Shown one piece after another: positions 38,947 through 48,493 of a DNA stretch of 64,000 bases. Source of the stretch: Candidatus Poribacteria bacterium (lineage in GTDB: Bacteria > Poribacteria > WGA-4E > WGA-3G); NCBI GenBank assembly GCA_965205015.1, contig OZ242029.1:320001-384000 (forward strand). The letters run 5' to 3'. The position numbers and the translations under genes are program-made. A model generated the notes under the pieces. It was given only the letters and a program-made list of their open reading frames with translations. It did no database searches and had not been told where the DNA came from. How positions within the stretch are numbered: the first letter of the stretch is position 1; each line of letters begins with the position of its first letter.

Positions 38947-41900
38947 TTGACGCTGCTTCTTAAATCTGTTATCCTTTCAACAAAGCAACGGTTATTTTCA
39001 GATATATCCTTGCGTACTAATTCAAGGACTATTCTCGAACTCAGTCTTTCTCCACAAAGACCTTCCAAGTGCTTCGCGGCTTTGAACTATCACAGGTGGT
39101 TTGCAGTGAGTAACTTGACAAAATTCGTATCCATCTTAATTCTCTGTCTCATTATCACTCCCATCGAACCTTCTGTTGCCTCCGAGCACATAGAAACCTA
39201 TACGGTTGCCGACGGTCTTGTGGGTCCGATAGTCCCAGTTATCTTTCAGGACAGTCGAGGAACGCTTTGGTTCGGTTCTGATAGGGGCGGTGTCAGCCGT
39301 TTTGATGGTAACACTTTTGTGCCTTACAAGGCTGTCCCAATCGCTTCGGTGGAGACGACAGTAGCGGGGGTCCAATCCGGGGCACTGCTCGGATGGACGC
39401 GACACATTGCTGAAGATAAATGGGGACACATCTGGTTCCTTACCCGAGATGATTCAGAAACAATCGGTCAGGTCAGCCGTTTTGATGGCACTTCGATCCA
39501 ACGGATCGGAACCGGAAGGTGCTTCATTGTTGACAAGGCGGGCGACGTGTGGGTGAGTGAAAATCAGCGACTCACAAAATACGTTACCTCAGGGGTCCAA
39601 AAACCGCCAGAGGCGTATCAGCACGAGATTGGAAGCGAAGATCCACGCCAATCAACAGAAACATTGACAATAAACGTTATCTTTGAAAGCGAAGACGGAA
39701 CCCTCTGGCTTGCCGGTAGTGAAGGCACACAGGAAACAAGGACCGTAATTCTGAGTTTTCGTGAGACGCATCGACCAGACGAAAAACCCGGCGGTCGCGA
39801 CGTCCCAAATGATAAAACACGGCACCCGCAACCCAATATTGGATTCACGCGTTACAGTCCGCCTCCTATAGCGATTCCCATTGAGGCGGTAACGGAGGAC
39901 ACCGCCGGGAATCTTTGGTTCGGCGGCTATAATCTGCTCCTGAAGTTCGATGGACACACCTTTCAGCAGATCCTGCCTTTACGTTCAGCACAAAGTGGGG
40001 CTTGGCGGTATAGACCGCCGAGGCACGCCGCATTCCAAAAGGACACAAAAGGACGCCTCTGGTTTAGCGATGGTCGCATCACAAGATGGTGGGACGGTTC
40101 ACAACTGCAGATGCCCAGAAACATGCCAAGGATCCTTGAAATTGAGGACGCCTGGGGACATTTATGGTTTACGAACGAGAACGGCGAAGTCGAAAAATAC
40201 GACGCGACGCTTCAGCCAATTCCGTATAGTATCGACCATGGGCTTGATATTGACCGAATTCGGACGATTTTTGAGGCAATGAACGGTGAGTTGTGGTTCG
40301 GACATGACAACGGTGTAACAGTCTTTAACCCGAACCCCGCCATCCAAAATCACGGCACTGGCATCAGTCGTAACCTTAGACGGAAGTCACCTTCCACATT
40401 TTGGACAGATATCGTCAAAATATTTGAAGTTGGCAAATACATCTGGTTCATCAATAAACCGATATATGGTGAAAACGCGACGCGATATACCTTCTTCCGC
40501 TACGGAAACGACGCCTTCGATCAAGTTTCTATCTTTATCAAACCCCAAACGGGACGCCCCAGGAGACCTTCCGATAGGAATCCGAATCTATTTGTCACCG
40601 AAGGGGCACACCGATGGTTGGCTTTTGGCGGACACCTCTTCAAGGCGGACGCAGCAGGATTGTTATGGTTTACAAACCGATTCCAGAGAATCCCTTTTCA
40701 AACCTCCTTGGAAATTGATCATGCCGACTCCCCTATAAATGCCTTGCACACTGATGCCGACAAGTTATGGGTACTTTATGAGAATGGAAGAGTGCAGTCC
40801 TATCCAAAAAAGATTGGACCCGCAACGTCTCTAAATATTGAGCCAGAGACCCTTCCTTATCTGATTAAAGTAACAAAGATGTTCGAGATGCCCTCGGGCG
40901 CCAAATGGTTTTTTAACGCTGTGACAGGAAAGTTAATCCGGTGGAATGTCTCTGACCCGACGACACCGATTGTGCTGAAGGGGCAGTCCCGTGCCACCCC
41001 GATCGCCGCGTGGCAGGACCCAACAGCAAATCAAGCGGAAATTACGTTCCTCTTTCCGGACGCTCTCAAGAAATATCGGGACCAAGCGTTAATCACAACT
41101 GAAGACATTGAACTTGCTCCAGAAAACGTGTCCTTAATGACACAAGAAGGCGTCCTCTGGCTCGCGACCTCTCATGGCGCCGTTCGTTACGATGGAAACG
41201 AACTCACAGCGTATACAACCAAAAATACATCTCAGAATTCCAGAAAAGAGAGATTTCTCGTCGACAATGTGCGTGATGTCATTGAGGACAGTACCGGAAA
41301 TATATGGTTCGCAACAAAGGGCGGCGGCATCGTCCGATACGATGGCAAAACCTTTGACTCGCTCACCACAAAAGACGGTCTGGCGCATAACAATATCTCG
41401 AAAATTTATGAATCCGCTGACAAAGATATTTGGTTTGCCACCCAAGGCGGCGTTACACAATACACCCCAACGCGCGGCGGACTCCCTTTCTATCGACTCA
41501 CCGCCCTACAGGCTGATAAAACCTATACTGTCCTCTCATCGCGTATTAACTTACCCGTACGTGGCAACAAGCATATCCGCTTCTACGTGCGAGGCACCAG
41601 TCCGCTCCGACAACAGCTCTCCTATGAATTTAAAATTATCGGGGTGGATGGTCCCGGTTGGACTAAACTGTCAGCGGCGGAGTTCTCACTTTTGCCCACA
41701 GGTTCCGGGGACTCCTCTGACGAATGGTTTCCTGCATCGGAATTGGAAACGCAACAAGCCACGCATCATCACGGTGTCCAACACGGATTTCAAAACCGCG
41801 ATGGGATTCTCTGTATACGATATACGGGTCTTAAAGCCGGCACCTATAGCTTCATCGTCAAGGCGTTCCGTAAAGACTGGCCCTACACGCATCCACCCGC

Positions 41901-42810
41901 CGTGGTCGACTTTAGCATCCCATCCCCCTTCTGGGTGCAGTGGCGAACCTATCTCCCTACACTCATCTTCACGATCATTGTCCTTGCGCTCATTGCCCGC
42001 TTGGTTATCAGCCGAAGGCACACCGCGCAGCTGCGCAACGAAATGTTGCAAAGGGAGGCGGCGGAGATACAACGCATCCGCGCGGAACTCGACGAGGCAC
42101 AAAACATTCAGATCGGGCTACTCCCCACGGAATCCCCCGATATAAAAGGGTTTGATATTGCCGGGATGTCAGTCCCAGCAACGCAGGTGGGCGGCGATTT
42201 TTACGATTACCTGACGGTTGAAAATGGGCATACCGCTATTGCAGTCGCAGATGCCGCAGGCAAAGGATTACGCGGGGCTATGAATGCCGTGCTCACGAAC
42301 GGAATGCTACACGAAGTTGCCAGATTCAGATCCGACGCAGACGCGATCCTCACCGACCTCAATATAGGATTAGCACCCCGGATGTACGGTCCCAGTTTCA
42401 TCGCGCTGAACTTGGCAATTCTCAATGCATCCAATAAACGTATTGACTACGCCAACGGCGGTCAACCCTACCCGATTCTCAAAAGAAGCACAGAAATTAT
42501 TGAAATTGAGAATAGTGATCTGCCCCTCGGTGGTATGAAAAGCGTTCAATATGAATCTACCGCTTTCGATTTAACGGAAGGTGATATGCTGATCTTCCAT
42601 TCCGACGGTCTCATTGAAGCCCTCAACCCCAACGAAGAAATGTACGGTGCTGAACGTTTAATAGCAGTGGTGTCCCAAATACCAAACGAATACACCGCTG
42701 AGGAAGCGATCCAACACATCGTGGAAGACGTGAATAAATTTGTTGAGGCGGCAGAACAGTATGATGATTTAACGCTTGTTGTCATCAAACGTATCGCTGC
42801 CTCCTCGTAG
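38947..42810 (+). CDS. Beta-propeller sensor with C-terminal SpoIIE/PP2C phosphatase
   Basis: QDSRGTLWFG and DGLAHN propeller repeats, TM helix, VGGDFYD, ADAAGKG, SDGLIEA, DDLTLV; true start may be about 39106. Confidence 0.88.
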   Translation: MTLLLKSVILSTKQRLFSDISLRTNSRTILELSLSPQRPSKCFAALNYHRWFAVSNLTKFVSILILCLIITPIEPSVASEHIETYTVADGLVGPIVPVIFQDSRGTLWFGSDRGGVSRFDGNTFVPYKAVPIASVETTVAGVQSGALLGWTRHIAEDKWGHIWFLTRDDSETIGQVSRFDGTSIQRIGTGRCFIVDKAGDVWVSENQRLTKYVTSGVQKPPEAYQHEIGSEDPRQSTETLTINVIFESEDGTLWLAGSEGTQETRTVILSFRETHRPDEKPGGRDVPNDKTRHPQPNIGFTRYSPPPIAIPIEAVTEDTAGNLWFGGYNLLLKFDGHTFQQILPLRSAQSGAWRYRPPRHAAFQKDTKGRLWFSDGRITRWWDGSQLQMPRNMPRILEIEDAWGHLWFTNENGEVEKYDATLQPIPYSIDHGLDIDRIRTIFEAMNGELWFGHDNGVTVFNPNPAIQNHGTGISRNLRRKSPSTFWTDIVKIFEVGKYIWFINKPIYGENATRYTFFRYGNDAFDQVSIFIKPQTGRPRRPSDRNPNLFVTEGAHRWLAFGGHLFKADAAGLLWFTNRFQRIPFQTSLEIDHADSPINALHTDADKLWVLYENGRVQSYPKKIGPATSLNIEPETLPYLIKVTKMFEMPSGAKWFFNAVTGKLIRWNVSDPTTPIVLKGQSRATPIAAWQDPTANQAEITFLFPDALKKYRDQALITTEDIELAPENVSLMTQEGVLWLATSHGAVRYDGNELTAYTTKNTSQNSRKERFLVDNVRDVIEDSTGNIWFATKGGGIVRYDGKTFDSLTTKDGLAHNNISKIYESADKDIWFATQGGVTQYTPTRGGLPFYRLTALQADKTYTVLSSRINLPVRGNKHIRFYVRGTSPLRQQLSYEFKIIGVDGPGWTKLSAAEFSLLPTGSGDSSDEWFPASELETQQATHHHGVQHGFQNRDGILCIRYTGLKAGTYSFIVKAFRKDWPYTHPPAVVDFSIPSPFWVQWRTYLPTLIFTIIVLALIARLVISRRHTAQLRNEMLQREAAEIQRIRAELDEAQNIQIGLLPTESPDIKGFDIAGMSVPATQVGGDFYDYLTVENGHTAIAVADAAGKGLRGAMNAVLTNGMLHEVARFRSDADAILTDLNIGLAPRMYGPSFIALNLAILNASNKRIDYANGGQPYPILKRSTEIIEIENSDLPLGGMKSVQYESTAFDLTEGDMLIFHSDGLIEALNPNEEMYGAERLIAVVSQIPNEYTAEEAIQHIVEDVNKFVEAAEQYDDLTLVVIKRIAASS

Positions 42811-42835
42811 CCAAGCCGTAAAAATTTAAGGGCTT

Positions 42836-44092
42836 TTACGGTGTTCGTTTAAGACTTGCCCAAGTGCCGACTCGCTTGCGTTTGACCGCACTCGGGGCCG
42901 CCGGAGCCGGTTGCTCGTAGAACCCGGGAGACCCCATGTCTTCCCGATGTCCATAGTAATAAACCTCCGGGGGCGACTCGCTTGGGACCACCTGATAAGA
43001 GACACGCGCCTTGTTCTGATGGAGCGGTGCCACCGGATCCCCGAACGCACTAAAAGCCTCCCTACCGAGACGGTGAATCTCTGCGCCATCGGCATCCGTC
43101 AATACCCACCCGCGTTTGAGGACGTTGTCTATGTTCAAGTTGTAGACCTGTGTTGCTTCTATCCCGGAAAATCGCCAAGCTGGGAGGTGTCGGGTGGATA
43201 GAATCGCGACACCGTCCCCTGGGATGCTGAACCCGTCCTGTGTTCCAGCGAGCGTCAGCGTATGGACTTTATGGGGGGCGGTGGCAGACCGTCGGGTGGC
43301 GTATTGGAACGTGTAGCCTTTGAGGTTGACGGTTTCCTCGGTGTTGGGGTTATACACCTCAATCCACTGTGGTAATCCACTACTCCCAGCAGACCAATCT
43401 CTGACCATATACTCTGTTATGCGTATGGGTAATAAAGGTTGACGCTCGGGTTGTGTTTCTGGTGTACCCTCAAGAACTGTTCCGTATTTTTGTTGGGCTC
43501 TGAGGAAATCTTGTTCTGTGCTTGTGTCAACAGGGGTGCCGCTATCACCTGCTTCGGATGTCCCTTCAGGGGTGCCACTCTCCTCTACTGCCGGGGGTGC
43601 CCCGCCTCCGCCCCCTACTGTTGGAATCGGCGTTTCCGTTGGATTTTGCATTGGAGTCGTTCGCGTGCCGACGTTAGAGTGGTCGTCATCCACGGTGTGC
43701 GGATCACTGTGCGTGTCCAATGGACTCGTGTGAGAGTGTGTCCCTGTATGCGTGTGCGACACGTAGTTGCCATGTTTGTGGGCAGGAAAGGTATGCTGAT
43801 GCTCAGTTTCGGTTAAAATGCCACCGTCGAATGTCTCCCGCATACGCAGGACCCCACTTGTTCTCAGTTCATCTGCAGTATACTCCACTTTGTACACATG
43901 AACGTGGACACCATCTTCATTCTCATTTTTTTCTATGGTAACCCCAGGATCGCTCAACCTTTTGGGGGTCTCTTTCCCACTCTCTGGATGACGCAGTGTA
44001 ACTATGAGCATGTCGGCGGGGGGATCGTGTGCAAACACGGATGCAACACTGACGAACACACAGAGAATTGATAAAATGCTGAATCTAAACAT
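42836..44092 (-). CDS. Secreted lamin-tail-domain protein with His-rich and Pro/Thr-rich regions
   Basis: Signal peptide; IRITEYM..PQWIEVYNP..VNLKGY..GSPG; C-terminal GTWASLK. Confidence 0.7.
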   Translation of the reverse strand: MFRFSILSILCVFVSVASVFAHDPPADMLIVTLRHPESGKETPKRLSDPGVTIEKNENEDGVHVHVYKVEYTADELRTSGVLRMRETFDGGILTETEHQHTFPAHKHGNYVSHTHTGTHSHTSPLDTHSDPHTVDDDHSNVGTRTTPMQNPTETPIPTVGGGGGAPPAVEESGTPEGTSEAGDSGTPVDTSTEQDFLRAQQKYGTVLEGTPETQPERQPLLPIRITEYMVRDWSAGSSGLPQWIEVYNPNTEETVNLKGYTFQYATRRSATAPHKVHTLTLAGTQDGFSIPGDGVAILSTRHLPAWRFSGIEATQVYNLNIDNVLKRGWVLTDADGAEIHRLGREAFSAFGDPVAPLHQNKARVSYQVVPSESPPEVYYYGHREDMGSPGFYEQPAPAAPSAVKRKRVGTWASLKRTP

Positions 44093-44308
44093 TGTAAGTT
44101 TCTGCTCCTTTAGGTTTGGTGAACCTATGGATAGATGTACCTGAATTTGCGGATGCTGCTAAGTTCTACATCTATTAGGACTTACACACGATGTTCTTTT
44201 GTAGCATAACCTGTTAGGTTGTGCATCTCAAGGCACAAACAGAATCTCTACAGAAAAGGTCACATTTTTCTTAGAGGCGACCCGGCACTTACGCGACAAG
44301 ACCGAGGT

Positions 44309-45199
44309 CTATTTTCGGCGGGACAGGTACTCAGACAGCGCATAGTCGAACGGCGTGGCGGTATCCATCTGAACGTAATCGATCTGGCTCGCGCCACATC
44401 CGCGACGGTAACTCTGAATGAACTGATTCAATTTTTCAAGATAATCCGCTTTCAGCGTATCCGCCTGCGTTGAAAGCGTCTGCCCGGTTTCCATATCCCG
44501 AAAGACGACAGAACCGGTATACGGGAAGGTAAGTTCGGCAGGATCGAGTAGATGGAAAACGATGACCTCATGCTTCTGATGACGAAGGTGTTTCAGGGCA
44601 GAGATGACCTGCGAGGGTTCGTCAAGTAGATCGGAAATGACGATCACCAAACCCCGTCTCACAATCCGTTTGGCGAGTTCGTGGAACAGACCGCTCAACT
44701 CGGTCTCTTGACCGGGCGTAGCACTTTCCAAAGCGGACATAATCGCTCGTAGATGCGTGGCGGCACCCCTCGGCGGAATGTATTGCGTAATCTCCGTGTC
44801 AAAGAGCGCTAAACCGACAGAGTCGCGCTGTTTCAGCATCAGATAGGTAAGCGTCGCGGCGAGATAACAGCCGTATTCAAACTTCGTCAATCCCTCCGCT
44901 GCGTGTTTATAGTTCATCGACGCACTCGTATCAAGCAGGATATAGGCGCGGAGGTTCGTCTCCTCTTCAAACTTTTTGACGTAATACCGATCCGATTTCC
45001 CGTAGACTTTCCAGTCGATATAACGGATCTCATCGCCGGGCATATACTGCCGGTGTTCGGCGAACTCTACGCTGAACCCTTGATAGGGACTTTTGTGCAA
45101 CCCGGTGACGAACCCCTCAACGACAAGCCTCGCCACGAGTTCCATACCGCCAATTCGAGAGAGTGCAACTGGGTCTAAGTATTTATGAGATGTCTGCAT
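44309..45199 (-). CDS. DUF58 (vWA-like, MoxR-associated) protein
   Basis: GLHKSPYQGFSVEFAEHRQYMPGDEIRYIDWK, KFEEET, LDTSASM. Confidence 0.92.
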   Translation of the reverse strand: MQTSHKYLDPVALSRIGGMELVARLVVEGFVTGLHKSPYQGFSVEFAEHRQYMPGDEIRYIDWKVYGKSDRYYVKKFEEETNLRAYILLDTSASMNYKHAAEGLTKFEYGCYLAATLTYLMLKQRDSVGLALFDTEITQYIPPRGAATHLRAIMSALESATPGQETELSGLFHELAKRIVRRGLVIVISDLLDEPSQVISALKHLRHQKHEVIVFHLLDPAELTFPYTGSVVFRDMETGQTLSTQADTLKADYLEKLNQFIQSYRRGCGASQIDYVQMDTATPFDYALSEYLSRRK

Positions 45200-45214
45200 A
45201 TTTCTTTTACTGGA

Positions 45215-45487
45215 TCACTTAAAAACGGCGATCGAACGGTCCTCATGGACAATATCGTCTATAAAATACAAGCGTTCTTCATCATCCATAGCGTCCCAAT
45301 CTAACCCACGCTCGGTGCATAATTGCCGGACCTTTGATTCGGCATACTTCATTCGCTTCTCGCGTTCTGCTGGTGTTTCCTTTGTAAGTGCGCGAACAAC
45401 CAAGAATTTTTCTTCGGGTGGCATTTGCTGAACTAAATCAATGATCTGTTCAGTAGTTAATTCAATAGTCAAATTCATGAGATTCAC
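45215..45487 (-). CDS. Small hypothetical protein (antitoxin-like size), cut off from its RBS and promoter by an IS
   Basis: ELTTEQIIDLVQQMPPEEK...RGLDWDAMDDEER. Confidence 0.6.
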   Translation of the reverse strand: MNLMNLTIELTTEQIIDLVQQMPPEEKFLVVRALTKETPAEREKRMKYAESKVRQLCTERGLDWDAMDDEERLYFIDDIVHEDRSIAVFK

Positions 45488-45575
45488 CTAAGTTTACGGA
45501 TTGGAGGTTTCCCAAACTTTTAAGTTTGGGAGGAAAATCCGCCCTCTTGGAAAGGACCAAAATGTTTATTTTCCC

Positions 45576-45660
45576 TTGACACTTGGTTCGAAATTGTGGT
45601 ATAATATTAGTATCGTGTTGGCAGACATGTTTAGCATTACCGCTTGGTAATGTGTCTGCC
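45576..45660 (+). promoter_or_regulatory. tnpB promoter and structured 5' leader (element B)
   Basis: TTGACA-N18-TATAAT; hairpin GGCAGACAT..AGCA-TTACC-GCTT-GGTAA-TGTGTCTGCC. Confidence 0.65.
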
Positions 45661-45701
45661 TCCCACTAAGCAGGGGATAAATACACGATACACGATATAC
45701 C

Positions 45702-46970
45702 ATGAAATTAACCTTTGAATATCCTGTGTATCCAACACAGACCCAGGAAGAAACTTTATTAGGATGGACCTGACCATCTCTGTGAACTTCAGAACTCTGC
45801 GCGCAACAATCGCAAACATGCGCATGAGACAGAAGGTCGTTTTGTTTCGCGATATGACCAGGAACAACTCTTGAAGGGTGCCCGTGAGAAATATGACGAT
45901 TTTCGCCAAGTCCCTCAAGATTTCCAAGTGTCTATCCTCAAACGTGTTGACAGGGCCTTTGATGCCTTCCGTAAGCGGTGTAAAGAAGGAGCAGAGAAAA
46001 AAGGGTATCCTCGCTACAAAATGCGTGTGCGTTCTCTGACGTGGTGCTTGCGAAAGCATAAACGCAAAACAGGTGAACGTGTCCGCCAAAATCCGATACG
46101 AGAAACCACATGGAAACACGACCGTTTGAAAGTGCCGAAACTCGATGAAATCAAGATATACATGCACCGTCCGCTTCAAGGCGATCCGAAAGAAGTGACA
46201 CTCGTGAAAAAAGCAAGTGGCTGGTATGCACATATCACTTGTGAACTACCTGACACTCCAAAGGTTGAACCAACAGATGCGATTGCGGTTGATGTTGGCA
46301 CGACACACTATCTGACGACTTCCGAAGGTGAAAAGGAAGAGAATCCGCGTTGGTATCGCCAAGCAGAAGGTTTGCTCCGAAAACACGCGAAAGACCTATC
46401 GCGTAAAAAGTTAGGTAGCAACCGAAGAAAGAAACAACAACACAAACTCGCTTTACACCATGAACGAACCGCGAACAAACGCAAAGACTTTATCGGTAAA
46501 CTCGTCTACAAACTCTATCATCATCTAAAAAACAACGTCCTTATCGCTGAAGACCTCAGCGTATCTAACATGGTTCAGAATAAACACCTCAGCAAGAGCA
46601 TCAGCGATGCATCTTGGGCAAAGTTCTTTCAGTGGGCTGGAAACATAGTTCCGAAAGAGACGGTTTCCACTTCCACCAAGTCGATCCTAAGAACACTTCG
46701 CAAATCTGCTCTGCCTGCGGTAAGAAGTCGCCCAAGAAACTCTCTTTAGCGATACGCACCTTTGATTGTAGTTTTTGTGGCACGGTTTTAGACCGAGACC
46801 ACAACGCTGCGATAAACATACTTTTACGGGCGGCTTGCGCCCTTCGTGGAGAGCGTTGGGTTACCGACCTCTATGAAGCGAGAAACACCAACGAAGCACG
46901 AGACACGGGCTTTGAGACTGCTGAACAACTGCTGTTGTTTAACGACCTCTTAACAAGCCCAAGTCTTTAG
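45702..46970 (+). pseudogene. tnpB: TnpB with two frameshifts
   Basis: MKLTFEYPVYPT start shifts frame near 45768; AVDVG and IAEDL in the 45871 ORF; second shift near 46650 into TSQICSAC..DRDHNAAINI. Confidence 0.85.
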
Positions 46971-47006
46971 GCTTGGGTACATTGACCTCCTAAATCCTGA
47001 AATTCA

Positions 47007-47035
47007 ATTATAACAAAAATTGGCCTGAATATCAA
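47007..47035 (-). promoter_or_regulatory. Sigma70-type promoter, originally driving 45487 and the DUF58 gene
   Basis: TTGATA-N17-TATAAT upstream of the split RBS. Confidence 0.55.
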
Positions 47036-47054
47036 CTGAGATTCGTAAATTCAT

Positions 47055-48401
47055 CAGGGGTATTCAGTTTTCGGTTTTTTCGTAATATTTTTCACATCTG
47101 TTAATATTATAAAATAAACAGATACAGCGTGACTTTTCCCGCTGTATCTGCTATACTTCACCGTAAAAAACCATCACATTTTTTGAGGTGAATCATGACA
47201 AGAAGTTCCTCTTGCCACTTACTTGACATATTAGCAGAAGTTCCGGATCCACGCCATAAAAAAGGGAAACGCTACAACTTGGGGTCTATCCTTGCGCTGC
47301 TCGTCATCGGTGTAATGTCGAATCATAAAGGGTATACGTCTATAGCGACTTGGGCACGGCATCAAGGGGCCCTGGCAAAAGCGTTAGGTTTCAAATCAGA
47401 GAAGACCCCGTGTGCTGGAACGCTTCATAATCTTTTGAAGCGTCTTGACGTCGTGAGTCTCGAAGCCTTACTCACGAAATGGGTGTTTTCAAAACTTGAA
47501 AGTCTTCAAGTTTTGAAAACACAGGATTTACAAGGGGTGGCGATAGATGGCAAAGAGTTATGTGGCTCCAAAGACCCAGAAACCCGATACCGCACACATT
47601 TACTCTCCGCTGTCTCTCATGAGTTAGGGATTACCCTTACACAGCGGGCTGTCAGTGGAAAAACAAATGAGATCCCCATCTCAACGCAACTTCTGAAAAC
47701 CTTTGATGTCACCGGGAAAGTCATAACAACAGATGCACTTTTGACCCAAAGAACCTTTTGTAAAGAGGTTCTCAAATATCACGCAAACTATGCAATGCCC
47801 GTCAAAGAGAATCACAAACAGATGTATCACGACATTCGCGAACTCTTTGAACCGCTTTCGGAGACAGACACACCACACGTCCAAGCACGACGGTTTCAGA
47901 ACCTACACACCGAGGCAGACGCACACCTTGATACCCACACAGACGTTGAAACATCACACGGGTTTATCACCACACGCACGCTAACAGCAAGCACACTCTT
48001 GACGGATTATATCAACTGGCCAGGACTCGCACAAGTGTATCAATACCAATCCAAGCGGGAGAATACCAAAACAGGCAAGACTACCTACCAGACGCAGTAT
48101 GGCATCACGAGTCTTACACCACAAGACGCATCCGCAGAAACTTTGCTCAAACTCCGACGCCAACACTGGACGATAGAAAACAAAGTCCATTGGGTGCGAG
48201 ATGTCGTCCTCGGGGAGGACGCTTCACAAGCAAGAACAGGGAGACTCCCACAAGTCATGGCTGCCCTACGCAACACTGCCCTGGCTCTCTTACGCTTTGA
48301 CGGACACACAAAAATTGCGGAAACACTGCGATTTTTCGCTGCAAAACCTAAACTCGCAGTTAAACTCATACAGTGACAAAACTTAAAACTAAATACCCCT
48401 G
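47055..48401 (+). mobile_element. ISAs1-family IS, copy 2 (1347 bp)
   Basis: Same IRs and protein as copy 1; own 10-bp TSD GTAAATTCAT at 47045-47054 and 48402-48411. Confidence 0.95.
47195..48376 (+). CDS. ISAs1 transposase
   Basis: Translation identical to 29782-30963. Confidence 0.95.
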   Translation: MTRSSSCHLLDILAEVPDPRHKKGKRYNLGSILALLVIGVMSNHKGYTSIATWARHQGALAKALGFKSEKTPCAGTLHNLLKRLDVVSLEALLTKWVFSKLESLQVLKTQDLQGVAIDGKELCGSKDPETRYRTHLLSAVSHELGITLTQRAVSGKTNEIPISTQLLKTFDVTGKVITTDALLTQRTFCKEVLKYHANYAMPVKENHKQMYHDIRELFEPLSETDTPHVQARRFQNLHTEADAHLDTHTDVETSHGFITTRTLTASTLLTDYINWPGLAQVYQYQSKRENTKTGKTTYQTQYGITSLTPQDASAETLLKLRRQHWTIENKVHWVRDVVLGEDASQARTGRLPQVMAALRNTALALLRFDGHTKIAETLRFFAAKPKLAVKLIQ

Positions 48402-48493
48402 GTAAATTCATAAAGGTGCTACTTGACAGGTGAAACATCTAAATGGTATAATTGTATACACAATAATTATACGGATGAAGGAGATAGCAAAAG

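Larger units (their letters stand above)
45498..46986 (+). mobile_element. IS200/IS605-family tnpB-only element B
   Basis: Inserted 3' of TTTAC, ends TTGAC (plus or minus 1 nt); hairpins cccaaacttttaagtttggg and cccaagtctttaggcttggg; excision restores AGGAGG for the gene at 45487. Confidence 0.85.

Noticed and set aside
41174-42145. Long alternative-frame or antisense ORFs (e.g. 41174-42145, 24096-24938, 15074-15850, 52521-53240, 3922-4503)
   Set aside because: They overlap well-supported genes, have no motifs and show atypical composition, so they are treated as shadow ORFs.
29642-48401. Composite transposon bounded by the two ISAs1 copies
   Set aside because: Each copy has its own distinct TSD, so they are independent insertions.
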